A stretch of DNA of 64,000 nucleotides from Sedimentisphaerales bacterium (lineage in GTDB: Bacteria; Planctomycetota; Phycisphaerae; Sedimentisphaerales; Anaerobacaceae), in contig OY970194.1 in assembly GCA_963708075.1 (NCBI GenBank), positions 3,840,001 to 3,904,000 of the forward strand. Direction: 5' to 3'. Each line of letters opens with the position of its first letter. Within the stretch, counting starts at the first letter, position 1. Below the pieces are notes generated by a model, which saw nothing but the letters and a program-made list of their open reading frames with translations, was not told the origin of the DNA and made no database searches. A program made the position numbers and the translations under genes. This document shows positions 1-9,196 of this stretch, piece by piece.

Positions 1-77
1 CCTGTCGCGGTCGAGTTGCAGGGCCTCCAGTACGGAGCCGATCGACCCTTTCAATTTCGAATTGACGCTCTGTGGTT

Positions 78-851
78 TCATTCGTCTCTCAGGAAGCCGG
101 TAAGCGGGCTTGATGCTTCCGCCTTGCGAAGCGGATCTCGCGGCCCGGCCTCATACGCCCTTCGTCCCGCCTCCACGGCCAGTTTGAAGGCCAGTGCCAT
201 CTCGACAGGATCGCTCGCCGTGGCAATGGCCGTGTTGACGAGCACCGCATCGGCGCCGATTTCCATCGCCTCGGCCGCATGAGAAGGCAGTCCCAGGCCT
301 GCATCCACCACGACCGGGACGCTGCTCTGTTCGACGATGATCTCCAGCGCGGCACGGGTCTTGAGGCCCTGATTCGAGCCGATTGGGCTGCCCAGGGGCA
401 TGACGGTCGCCGTGCCGACATCCTGCAACCTCCTGGCGAGGATCGGATCGGCGTTGATGTACGGCAGGACCACGAACCCTTCTTTCACCAGGACCTCGGC
501 GGCCTTGAGCGTCTCTATCGGGCACGGCAGCAGGTAGTACGGATCAGGCGTCACCTCCAGCTTGACCCAGTTGATGCCGGTCGCAGCGCGGGCCAGTCGC
601 GAAAGACGAACCGCCTCTTCCGCACTCCTGGCGCCGGAGGTGTTCGGCAGAAGCAGGAATCGGTCGCGGTCGATCTCGCGGAGGGTGTCGTCGGTCGGGT
701 TGTCGATATCCACCCGACGAAGCGCCACGGTGACAATCTCGCAGCCGGATGCGCTCAAGGCCCGCGCCATGACCTTGGGCGATGCGAACTTGCCGGTCCC
801 CACGAGCAGACGGGAGTCGAACGTCCTGCCGGCGATGATGAGCTTCTCCAT
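78..851 (-). CDS. thiG: Thiazole synthase
   Basis: 257 aa; [22 protein letters not shown] (catalytic Lys), [30 protein letters not shown] motifs; directly downstream of thiS and a TPP riboswitch. Confidence 0.97.
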   Translation of the reverse strand: MEKLIIAGRTFDSRLLVGTGKFASPKVMARALSASGCEIVTVALRRVDIDNPTDDTLREIDRDRFLLLPNTSGARSAEEAVRLSRLARAATGINWVKLEVTPDPYYLLPCPIETLKAAEVLVKEGFVVLPYINADPILARRLQDVGTATVMPLGSPIGSNQGLKTRAALEIIVEQSSVPVVVDAGLGLPSHAAEAMEIGADAVLVNTAIATASDPVEMALAFKLAVEAGRRAYEAGPRDPLRKAEASSPLTGFLRDE

Positions 852-856
852 GAACT

Positions 857-1069
857 CTAGCCTCCTCCCATGAGCTTGATCAGCTCGATCTGCTGGCCGT
901 CCCTAATCTGCGTTCGATCGAACTCTTCGCGGCGTACGATCCGGCCGTCCACCTCCGCGACAACCGCGGCCGGTCCTACGCCCAGCACACTCAGCAATGC
1001 TGAGAGCGTGCCAGGCATCTCGTCCGGGGCAAACTGCCGCTCCACGCCATTTACCTTCACCGACTTCAT
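857..1069 (-). CDS. thiS: Sulfur carrier protein ThiS
   Basis: 70 aa from the ATG at 1069 (MKSVKVNG...); ubiquitin-like pattern ending [10 protein letters not shown]; adjacent to thiG. Confidence 0.93.
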   Translation of the reverse strand: MKSVKVNGVERQFAPDEMPGTLSALLSVLGVGPAAVVAEVDGRIVRREEFDRTQIRDGQQIELIKLMGGG

Positions 1070-1080
1070 TCGGCACCTGT

Positions 1081-1113
1081 AAAGAAAAAGCACTCCCGCA
1101 AAAGGAGTGCTTT
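1081..1113 (-). terminator. Intrinsic terminator, expression platform of the TPP riboswitch
   Basis: Minus strand AAAGCACTCC-TTTTGCG-GGAGTGCTTT continuing into a U-rich run (TTTTTCTTT), between the aptamer and the thiS start. Confidence 0.88.
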
Positions 1114-1124
1114 CAAGCCCGGTC

Positions 1125-1230
1125 AAGCCTCCCTTCGCAGGTCTTAACCTGATCAGGTTCGTAGGGTCATCGCTCCCGGAGCGATCTCTCAGCCGCCGCG
1201 ACAGGCTACGCGCGACGGCTCCCCTGGCTT
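1125..1230 (-). ncRNA. TPP riboswitch (THI element)
   Basis: Minus strand AAGCCAGGGGAGCC...GGCTGAGAG...GACCCTACGAACCTGATCAGGTTAAGACCTGCGAAGGGAGGCTT; contains CUGAGA, ACCUGAUC and GCGNAGGGA hallmarks and a P1 pair AAGCC/GGCTT; upstream of thiS-thiG. Confidence 0.95.
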
Positions 1231-1248
1231 CATGCTAATACTCGTGTT

Positions 1249-1277
1249 ATGATACCTCCGTTCACGGTCTTTGGCAA
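1249..1277 (-). promoter_or_regulatory. Putative sigma70 promoter for riboswitch-thiS-thiG
   Basis: TTGCCA-N17-TATCAT on the minus strand, 18 nt upstream of the aptamer. Confidence 0.65.
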
Positions 1278-1315
1278 GAACATTAGCCCCCTGCTCCAGA
1301 AAGGGTGCACGATTC

Positions 1316-1690
1316 ATGAATGGCAACAAATTCGTCGTTCAGGAACACGCGACGCCGGAGGGAATCCACTGGGACCTCATGCTCGAACGGGATGGCGTTT
1401 TGCTCACATTTCGCCTGGAAGATGAGCCGGCACAATCCCTGGAGCGCGAGGTCCGGGCCGTGAAGATCTTCGACCATCCGCTGCGGTTCCTCACCTACGA
1501 AGGCCCTGTCCAGAAAGGAGCGGGCAACGTCAGGATCGTGGATCGCGGGGTGTATGAGTGTCGCAGTCAAAGCGAAAACCTCCTGGTCATCGACCTGGAC
1601 GGCGCCGTTCTAAGGGGGGATTTCACATTGACCCGCATTGAGGGCGACGAATGGCGTTTCTCAGCTCAGAACGCACACGAACGTGGCTAG
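1316..1690 (+). CDS. Stand-alone LigD 3'-phosphoesterase (LigD_N) domain protein
   Basis: FVVQEH...HWDLMLERDGVL...DHPLRFLTYEG...G.V.I.D.G.Y pattern of the LigD PE domain; ATG at 1316. Confidence 0.8.
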   Translation: MNGNKFVVQEHATPEGIHWDLMLERDGVLLTFRLEDEPAQSLEREVRAVKIFDHPLRFLTYEGPVQKGAGNVRIVDRGVYECRSQSENLLVIDLDGAVLRGDFTLTRIEGDEWRFSAQNAHERG

Positions 1691-2505
1691 CCAAGAAAGT
1701 CAAACCGCTTTTGAACGCAGCAGGGGCAGTCCGTCCGTGGCGTGGAGACATCGATCTGTTTGACTGTGTTGCCCCACAGGTCGAATACCGTCAAGTAGGG
1801 ACTGATACAATCGAGGTGGCCTGAAAGGACCTTCAGGGCCTCCGAGGCCTCGAATGCGGCTGTCACGGCGACGGCCACACCCAGGACCCCGCGATGCGAG
1901 GGATTATCTTCAGGTGCGGGCGGTGAGTCCGTCAGGCACCTCAGGCAAGCCGTCCGCCCCGGCACAATCGCCATCACCTGTGCCTTCGTGCCCAGAACGC
2001 CGGCAAATATCCATGGCTTTGACATCTTGACCGCACAGTCGTTGAGAATGAACCGGCTTTCGAAGTTGTCCGTTCCATCGACAACAACGTCCATATCCCG
2101 CATCAGACCTTCGGCCGTTGACCCGTCCAGGCGAGAGCAGACCGTCTCAATCGCGGTGCCGCCATTGATCTGGCGGAGCCGTTGTGCAGCGGCCGCTACC
2201 TTCAACACGCGGGCCTCAGCATCCGCCTCCGTGTACAACGATTGTCTATGGATGTTGGTGATGTCCACGCGGTCGTCGTCCACCAGCCGAATGCATCCGA
2301 CACCCGCTCGAACCAGCAGTTCCGCCACCCACGAGCCAAGCCCGCCGATACCGACAACCAGGACACTACTCTTGACGAGTGTTTCCTGGCCTTCGATCCC
2401 GAAGGGTTTGAAGACCGTCTGCTTCGCATAACGGGACAAATCCGGCACCTTTGGCTGCCGGAAGGATAGTCCATGTTGATCTTGTCGTCTTTCGTCCGGA
2501 TACAT
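1687..2505 (-). CDS. ThiF/MoeB/HesA family adenylyltransferase (E1-like)
   Basis: RY..Q, VVGIGGLG, DDDRVDITNIHRQ, DGTDNF, CLRC and CPCC zinc motifs; near thiS-thiG, so probably ThiF. Confidence 0.88.
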   Translation of the reverse strand: MYPDERRQDQHGLSFRQPKVPDLSRYAKQTVFKPFGIEGQETLVKSSVLVVGIGGLGSWVAELLVRAGVGCIRLVDDDRVDITNIHRQSLYTEADAEARVLKVAAAAQRLRQINGGTAIETVCSRLDGSTAEGLMRDMDVVVDGTDNFESRFILNDCAVKMSKPWIFAGVLGTKAQVMAIVPGRTACLRCLTDSPPAPEDNPSHRGVLGVAVAVTAAFEASEALKVLSGHLDCISPYLTVFDLWGNTVKQIDVSTPRTDCPCCVQKRFDFLG

Positions 2506-2521
2506 CTTTCACCTGATGCTG

Positions 2522-2550
2522 ATTGTAGCGGATTCCCGCCGGCGCTTCAA
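2522..2550 (-). promoter_or_regulatory. Putative sigma70 promoter of the ThiF-like gene
   Basis: TTGAAG-N17-TACAAT on the minus strand, 16 nt upstream of the ATG at 2505. Confidence 0.6.
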
Positions 2551-2578
2551 ACTTCATCAGATCATTCGGGCGCGGCGG

Positions 2579-3652
2579 CTATATGATGTAGTCATCCACA
2601 TAGACGCGAGATTGCTTGGGCCTGACATAGACGATGTCATCCTGACGCAAATTGAGACTCTTTGCTCGTTCGTGCGACACTTCGACCTGGACAAGCTGAC
2701 CATCCTCGGTCCGCAGCTCCAATTTCACGATGGGTCCGACAGATTGGATTCGAACCACGGTGGCTCGCAGCGAATCGGCCTCTGCAGGCGAGGAGGACAC
2801 CTCCAAGTCATAGGGGCGAACGAAGAGCCGGGCCTGGCGACCCTCGGCAGCCTTGGAACCGGGCACAGCCACAGCAAGCGGGCCGAAGACAGCCCGGTCC
2901 TGCTGGACGCGCCCGTGGAACACATTGACGTGTCCCAGGAAGTTCAGGACAAACTCATTGGCCGGCTGGTGAAAGACCTGTTCCGGCGTGCCCACCTGCT
3001 CGATTCGGCCCTCGTTCATCACGACCACCTGGTCGGCGACCTCCAAGGCCTCCTCCTGATCGTGGGTCACGAAAAGACTGGTGACATGAATCTCGTCGTG
3101 CAGTCGCCGCAGCCAGTGACGCAACTCCTGCCTCACCCGCGCATCCAGGGCGCCAAAAGGCTCGTCGAGCAGCAGAACCTCGGGCTCGACCGCCAACGCA
3201 CGGGCCAGGGCCACCCGCTGCCTCTGGCCCCCGGACAACTGGCTCGGATAGCGGTTGGCCAGGTTCTCCAATTGAATCAGGCGAAGCAGCTCGCCGACTT
3301 TCTGGCGTATCACCTGTCGCGAAGGGCGGCTGTGACGAGGGCGGACCGTCAACCCGAAGGCGATGTTGTTGAAGACGGTCATGTGTTTGAACAGCGCGTA
3401 GTGCTGGAATACGAAGCCCACCCGGCGGTGCCGCGCGTGACGATCACCCACGTCCTGATCGTGAAATTTCACCGGGCCGCTGCCGGGGTCGGCCATCTCC
3501 AGCCCCGCGACGATGCGCAACAACGTTGTTTTTCCCGAGCCCGAGGGGCCAAGCAAGGCCACCAATTCCCCGCTCGGAACATGCAGGCTGACGTTTTTCA
3601 GGGCGGCGAATCGGCCGAATGTCTTGCTGATGCTGCGAACTTCAATACTCAT
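2579..3652 (-). CDS. cysA: Sulfate/thiosulfate ABC transporter ATP-binding subunit
   Basis: [39 protein letters not shown]-like C-terminus; follows cysT-cysW; ends ...VDDYII. Confidence 0.96.
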   Translation of the reverse strand: MSIEVRSISKTFGRFAALKNVSLHVPSGELVALLGPSGSGKTTLLRIVAGLEMADPGSGPVKFHDQDVGDRHARHRRVGFVFQHYALFKHMTVFNNIAFGLTVRPRHSRPSRQVIRQKVGELLRLIQLENLANRYPSQLSGGQRQRVALARALAVEPEVLLLDEPFGALDARVRQELRHWLRRLHDEIHVTSLFVTHDQEEALEVADQVVVMNEGRIEQVGTPEQVFHQPANEFVLNFLGHVNVFHGRVQQDRAVFGPLAVAVPGSKAAEGRQARLFVRPYDLEVSSSPAEADSLRATVVRIQSVGPIVKLELRTEDGQLVQVEVSHERAKSLNLRQDDIVYVRPKQSRVYVDDYII

Positions 3653-3662
3653 GAGATTTCAC

Positions 3663-4597
3663 CTACCCATTTGTAGTGGCGCCATAAGGCGTTTCTTCCG
3701 AGCCGTTGCTTTCTTTGGATGCCCTTACGGGCACACTACCAACCTGCCTGCGGTCCACTGCCGCTTTCCATTCGACGAGACTCTTGAGAATCAACGTCAC
3801 AATGGCCAGCAAGGCAAGCAAGGACGCCACGGCAAAGGCGGCGACGGAGTTGTATTCGTTGTAGAGGTTCTCTATGTGCAGCGGCATCGTATTGGTTTGG
3901 CCACGAATGTGGCCCGACACGACGGATACCGCTCCGAACTCTCCCATCGCCCGTGCGTTGCAGAGAATCACGCCATACAGCACCGCCCACTTGACGTTGG
4001 GCAGAGTGACGCGCAGAAACGTCTGCCAGCCGCCGGCGCCCAGCGTGATGGCAGCCTCCTCGTCCTCAATCCCCTGCGTCTGCATCAGTGGTATGACCTC
4101 GCGGGCGATGAAGGGAAAGGTAACGAAGAGCGTCGCCAGGATGATCCCGGGCACGGCGAAGAGGATCCGGAGATTATGCTCCGCCAGGAACGATCCGAAC
4201 CAGCCCTGGCGCCAAACAGCAAAACGTAAATCAGTCCTGAGATCACCGGCGACACGGCAAAAGGCAGGTCAATCAGAGTGGTCAGAATGCTCTTGCCGAC
4301 AAAGTCGAATTTGCCAATAGCCCAGGCGGCCGCGATCCCAAAGACAAGGTTGCAGGGGACAGCCAGCCCCGCGACAAGCAAGGTCAGACGAATCGCAGCC
4401 AAAGCATCAGGATCGTGGAACGATGCGAAGTAAGCCCCGATCCCTTTTCTGAACGCTTCCACAAACACCAGCGCCAGCGGCAGAACAAGGAATAATCCCA
4501 GGAACGCCAGGACAATAATGATGATGGTCCACTTGACAATCGGCGACCCGCCGGTGGCAGCTATTACATTCTTGCCGCTATTGGCTTTGACGACCAT
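3663..4597 (-). CDS. cysW: Sulfate ABC transporter permease CysW (one -1 frameshift near 4208, probably a sequencing error)
   Basis: AGGAGAG RBS and ATG at 4597 (MVVKANSG...[14 protein letters not shown]); adding one base in GCC(C)AG gives LLFGAQGWFG and joins to [21 protein letters not shown]...[10 protein letters not shown]. Confidence 0.93.
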
Positions 4598-4605
4598 GCG
4601 CTCTC

Positions 4606-5481
4606 CTAAGACTCGTGCCGTGCAGTCCACTTCTGCAACAGGTTGATGACCAACAGCAATGCGAACGACAGGACCAGCATGACGACGGCAATTGCCGTGG
4701 CTCCGGCATAGTCGTACTCCCCGAGCTTCGTGATAATCAGCAGAGGAACGATCTCCGTCCGCATCGGCATATTGCCCGAGATGAACACCACCGAGCCGTA
4801 CTCGCCCAGGGCCCGGGCAAAGGCCAGGGCAAAACCTGTCAGCAGCGCCGGCAAGACCTCCGGCAAAATCACCCTTCGAAAGACCTGGACCCGGTTGGCC
4901 CCGAGACTCGCGGCCGCCTCCTCCACCTCCTTGTCCAACTCCTGCAGGACCGGCTGGACCGTGCGCACCACGAACGGCAATCCGATGAACGTCAAGGCGA
5001 TAACCACCCCGAGCGGCGTGAAGGCAACCTTGACCCCAAGCGGTTCCAGGAGTCGGCCCATCCAGCCGGTGGGAGCGTAGATCGTCGTCAGTGCGATGCC
5101 GGCCACCGCGGTCGGCAACGCAAACGGCAAGTCGATCATCGCATCCACGATCCGTCTGCCGGGGAAATCGTACCGGACGAGCGACCATGCCACCATGAGT
5201 CCGAACACCGCGTTGATGGCGGCGGCGGAAAGCGAGGCCCCGAGACTCAACTTGTAGGAAGCCAGCACGCGGGCGGATGTCACTGTACCCCAGAAATCGC
5301 CCCACTTCATGGACGCAGCACTGAGAAACATGGCCATCAGCGGGATCAAGACGATAAGGCTCAGATACAGGATCGAATAGCCCATGGTCAACCCGAACCC
5401 GGGGAGGATGCTGCGCTGTTTCAACGAATACGCCAAAATGGACCTCCTGCAGTGCTCCAGCAACGTGGGACGAAGCGTCAT
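4606..5481 (-). CDS. cysT: Sulfate ABC transporter permease CysT (CysU)
   Basis: [48 protein letters not shown] motifs. Confidence 0.96.
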   Translation of the reverse strand: MTLRPTLLEHCRRSILAYSLKQRSILPGFGLTMGYSILYLSLIVLIPLMAMFLSAASMKWGDFWGTVTSARVLASYKLSLGASLSAAAINAVFGLMVAWSLVRYDFPGRRIVDAMIDLPFALPTAVAGIALTTIYAPTGWMGRLLEPLGVKVAFTPLGVVIALTFIGLPFVVRTVQPVLQELDKEVEEAAASLGANRVQVFRRVILPEVLPALLTGFALAFARALGEYGSVVFISGNMPMRTEIVPLLIITKLGEYDYAGATAIAVVMLVLSFALLLVINLLQKWTARHES

Positions 5482-6509
5482 CTCGTCGGCTGATAAATCT
5501 GGTCAAATATGCCTTTATCCGCAAAATGCGTTTTCTGGGCTTTCTGCCAACCGTCGAAGGCATCATCGATCGTGACCAGATTCACCTTGGGAAACTGCTG
5601 CTCATGTTTCTTGGCGACCGACTCAAGGCGCGGGCGATAGTAATGCCTGGCCGCGATCTCTTGGCCTTCTTCGGTGTAGAGGTATTCAAGATAGGCCTGG
5701 GCGACCGCTCGTGTGCCGTGACGGTCTACCACCTTGTCCACCAAGGCCACGGGCGGCTCGGCCAGAATGCTCAACGATGGCACGACAATCTCAAACTTGT
5801 CCTTGCCCAGCTCATTGATCGCCAGGAACGCCTCATTCTCCCAAGCCAGCAGAACGTCTCCGATGCCTCGCTGCACGAAGGTCGTCGTGGAGCCGCGGGC
5901 CCCGGAATCAAGTACAGGGACGTTCTTGAACAGTTTCGTCACAAACTCCTGTGCCCGCTGCTCGGGACTTTGACTCGTATCGGTCTTGTAGTGCTTCAGG
6001 GCGTAGGCCCATGCCGCCAGGTAATTCCATCTCGCCCCGCCGGAAGTCTTTGGATTGGGGGTGATCACCGCGATGCCGGGTTTGATGAGATCGTCCCAGT
6101 CCTTGATGTTCCTTGGATTGCCCTTATGCACGAGAAAGACAATCGTCGAAGTGTACGGGGAGCTATTGTTCGGCAGCCTGGTCTGCCAGTTCCTGGGCAG
6201 CAGGTTGGCCTTTTCATTAATCGCGTCGATGTCATACGCCAGCGCCAGTGTCACCACGTCGGCCTCCAGACCATCGATAACAGCGCGGCCCTGCTTACCG
6301 GAGCCGCCGTGGGATTGTTTGATCGTCACCTTGTCGCCCGTCTTGCCCTCCCAGTGCTTGGCAAACGCGGCATTGTACTCCTCGTAAAGCTCGCGTGTCG
6401 GGTCATAGGAGACGTTCAGCAGCGTGATCTTCCTGGCCGCCGCCGGCTGTGCGAAAACAGCGGCAACAAATAGAACAAGCATTGAAGACATGTGCATTCT
6501 CGTAGCCAT
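5478..6509 (-). CDS. sbp: Periplasmic sulfate-binding protein
   Basis: Signal peptide; [51 protein letters not shown]. Confidence 0.96.
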   Translation of the reverse strand: MATRMHMSSMLVLFVAAVFAQPAAARKITLLNVSYDPTRELYEEYNAAFAKHWEGKTGDKVTIKQSHGGSGKQGRAVIDGLEADVVTLALAYDIDAINEKANLLPRNWQTRLPNNSSPYTSTIVFLVHKGNPRNIKDWDDLIKPGIAVITPNPKTSGGARWNYLAAWAYALKHYKTDTSQSPEQRAQEFVTKLFKNVPVLDSGARGSTTTFVQRGIGDVLLAWENEAFLAINELGKDKFEIVVPSLSILAEPPVALVDKVVDRHGTRAVAQAYLEYLYTEEGQEIAARHYYRPRLESVAKKHEQQFPKVNLVTIDDAFDGWQKAQKTHFADKGIFDQIYQPTR

Positions 6510-6547
6510 CTTAATTCACCTTTCATCGTTAGATGTTGTGGAACCGT

Positions 6548-7933
6548 TTAGAATGTGAGTTGTGCACGGACAAGGATGGCATCTTCCGCCTCGCGATCCC
6601 GACCGCCGGTCTCGCCGCCATCAAAGGCGGTGTGCTCGTAATCGAACATCCATTTGACGTTCCTGCTCCAGTACCAGTTCAGGCCCAGGCCCCAGGCCCT
6701 GGCTGACTGAGCGTATTTGGAGGGGTCCGCGTAGGTCGGAAATGCCTCGTCGTCCACATCGAGCTGACTGAGGCGCCCGACGACCTCGAACGCACCCCAC
6801 GTGCTGGCGACCGGGTCGAAGACTTCCCTGGGAACCACGGACTTGTACGAGGCCGCCTCGCCTGTCAGCACGTAGGACGCGGCGACCTGCCAGCCTTTGT
6901 TCTGCAGCTTGTCGGAACTGGCCCCGCGCACCACTTCCTGCGAGGAAACGATGTACTCGGTCAGCAATCCGAACGAGCCGTAACTGTAATAGGCCTGAGG
7001 CGAGTAGCGTATCGCCTCACCATCGGCAAATACGTCGTCGCGGTACTTGAAAAGGGTCTGTTGCCCCGGCGTCTTATAGCTGGGCAGGTACTGCCCGTGC
7101 CCGGCACTGCCATCCTTCTTGCCCGCTGTCACGGCAAAGCCGACGCCAAGTCCGTCGAGCAAGGGGATGTTCCCTCCCTTCCAGGGACTCACGAAGATCC
7201 TGGCCGCCAGCTCCTTATTGTCGTCCACGTCGGAGTCGCTGCTGCCGTTGTCTACGGCGCCGTTGAACACGCCCACGGCATAGCGGAGCTTGCCCCCCAG
7301 AAGGGTCTCGCTGTGGAACGTGGCCCCGAGATCGTAGTTGGGCGTCAAGTTGCCTGAGAGGGCAAGCTCGGTGAACAAGGTGTCGGCATTGGATTGCAGC
7401 CGCTCGATGCCGAACGGCACCTTGTACCGGCCGACCTGCAATTTCGCCTCCGGGATGTACTTGAAGTCCAGATACGCGTCCTGGATGGCTGCTTTGCCCT
7501 CGCCGAAATCAGGCACGAGCCGGAAATCGATGTCGCCGAAAACTGTGCCTTCGAAGAACGGTCGGGCGCGACGCAGCAGGAAGGTGTCATCGCTTGTCTT
7601 CGGGTCCTCCCGGCCACTGACGGAGCGGCTGTCCACCTGTAACAAGCCCCGCAATCTCAGCGAGAAATCGCCATCGGGACTCTTGATGGAGAAACCCTCT
7701 TTGGCATTTGCGGTTACGAAAGGCGAGGTCTTCGCTTCTTCCGCTGCCTGCTCGCGCTCGATCTCCAACTGCCTCTCCCTGATCCGCTCTCTTTGTTCCA
7801 ACTCGGCCACACGGTCTTCGACCGTTCTCGTTGATGTCGTATTTGGATCGTTCGATCCTGCCATTGCAGCGTTCGAACCGATAGGGTTCAAACCCGCAAG
7901 AATGATGATGGTCAGTACACTGTGACTCTTCAC
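6548..7933 (-). CDS. OprO/OprP-family anion-selective porin
   Basis: Signal peptide, coiled-coil N-region, LRRARP, DAYLD, PFGIERLQS, WGAFEVVGRLS, GLNWY, terminal Phe (AQLTF); GTG start. Confidence 0.85.
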   Translation of the reverse strand: MKSHSVLTIIILAGLNPIGSNAAMAGSNDPNTTSTRTVEDRVAELEQRERIRERQLEIEREQAAEEAKTSPFVTANAKEGFSIKSPDGDFSLRLRGLLQVDSRSVSGREDPKTSDDTFLLRRARPFFEGTVFGDIDFRLVPDFGEGKAAIQDAYLDFKYIPEAKLQVGRYKVPFGIERLQSNADTLFTELALSGNLTPNYDLGATFHSETLLGGKLRYAVGVFNGAVDNGSSDSDVDDNKELAARIFVSPWKGGNIPLLDGLGVGFAVTAGKKDGSAGHGQYLPSYKTPGQQTLFKYRDDVFADGEAIRYSPQAYYSYGSFGLLTEYIVSSQEVVRGASSDKLQNKGWQVAASYVLTGEAASYKSVVPREVFDPVASTWGAFEVVGRLSQLDVDDEAFPTYADPSKYAQSARAWGLGLNWYWSRNVKWMFDYEHTAFDGGETGGRDREAEDAILVRAQLTF

Positions 7934-8053
7934 TTGTGAGATACTTTCGTCTTGAGACAGTAGGATCTTCCGGTTGTCCGGTCAGATCAGATGAACTATG
8001 CTTCTGCATCGATGAGGCCGCCCGTTGATATGGGTAGGCTCTTGATTTGAGCG

Positions 8054-9196
8054 TCAACACGCCGCCAGTGCCTGGTCCAGATCCTCAATCAAGTCCTCGA
8101 TATCCTCAATGCCGACGGAAAGACGGATCGTGCCGTCGGTGATGCCGATCCTCTGTCGTTCCTCAGGAGTGAGGGTTGCGTGGCTCATCGTAGCCGGGTG
8201 ACAGGCCAGCGACTCGACGCCGCCGAGGCTCTCGGCGAACAGGAAGAGCTTCAGTCCCTTCACAAATCGTCGTACTTGCTCAACGCCGCCGTTCAATCGG
8301 AACGTGACGATCGCACCAAAGCCATCCATCTGCGCCTTGGCCAGCTCGTGCTGCGGGTGGCTGGGCAGGCCGGGATAGATCGTCTCTTGTACTTTCGGAT
8401 GCCCCTCCAGGAACTCGGCGACGGCCCGGGCGTTGGCCTCGTGCTGTTTCATACGGACCGCCAGCGTCTTGAGCCCGCGCAGGCTCAGCCAGCAGTCCCA
8501 CGGGCCCGGCACCGCTCCGGCTGCGTTCTGATGGAACTTGATCGCTTCGTGCAGACGGTCGTCGCTGGTCACCACCGCGCCGCCGATGACATCGCTGTGC
8601 CCGCTGACGTACTTGGTGGTGCTGTGCAGGACGACATCGGCCCCCTGCGTCAGAGGGCGTTGGAAGTACGGCGAAGGGAACGTATTGTCCGCCACCAGCT
8701 TGGCGCCGCGATCGTGGGCGATCTTCGCCACCGCCCGCACGTCCACCAGTTGCAGCAGCGGATTAGCGGGAGTCTCGATCCACACCAATTTCGTCATGGG
8801 TTGTGTCGCCTTGGCGAACGCCTCCGGCCGGGTTCCGTCCACGTAGGTGAAGCTCACGCCTCTCGGTCGATACACCTGCTCGAACAGCCGAAATGTCCCG
8901 CCGTAGATGTGTTCCGCCGACACGACGTGGTCGCCCGGGCGCAGGAGCGAAAGTACGGCGTCAACTGCAGCCATGCCCGAGCTGAACGCCAAGCCGAAGC
9001 GAGCTTCCTCCAGCGCCGCCAGGCACTGCTCCAGGGCCGTACGCGTGGGATTGCCGCTGCGGGAGTACTCGTACGCATGGGGCTGCCCGACGTCGTGGAA
9101 CGTGAAGTTCACCGTCTGGTACACCGGCACGATGATCGAACCCGTCGTCGGATCGGGCTGTTGGCCGACGCGAATCGCCTTGGTCGAAAATCTCAT
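8054..9196 (-). CDS. Cystathionine gamma-synthase/gamma-lyase family PLP enzyme
   Basis: YSRSGNPTR, FSSGMAA, WIETPANP, DNTF, HSTTKYVSGHSD, AESLGGVESL, IRLSVGIED; exact specificity (MetB vs MccB) not resolvable. Confidence 0.92.
   Translation of the reverse strand: MRFSTKAIRVGQQPDPTTGSIIVPVYQTVNFTFHDVGQPHAYEYSRSGNPTRTALEQCLAALEEARFGLAFSSGMAAVDAVLSLLRPGDHVVSAEHIYGGTFRLFEQVYRPRGVSFTYVDGTRPEAFAKATQPMTKLVWIETPANPLLQLVDVRAVAKIAHDRGAKLVADNTFPSPYFQRPLTQGADVVLHSTTKYVSGHSDVIGGAVVTSDDRLHEAIKFHQNAAGAVPGPWDCWLSLRGLKTLAVRMKQHEANARAVAEFLEGHPKVQETIYPGLPSHPQHELAKAQMDGFGAIVTFRLNGGVEQVRRFVKGLKLFLFAESLGGVESLACHPATMSHATLTPEERQRIGITDGTIRLSVGIEDIEDLIEDLDQALAAC

Noticed and set aside
2516..3676. Long antisense ORFs (e.g. 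2516..3676, 27765..29402, 36767..37972, 57100..58314, 59947..61377)
   Set aside because: Shadow frames of well-supported genes in GC-rich DNA, with no recognisable motifs.
4085..5566. 493 aa ORF as a real protein
   Set aside because: Only its last part (from ATG 4597) is the CysW N-terminus; the rest is an alternate frame of cysT.
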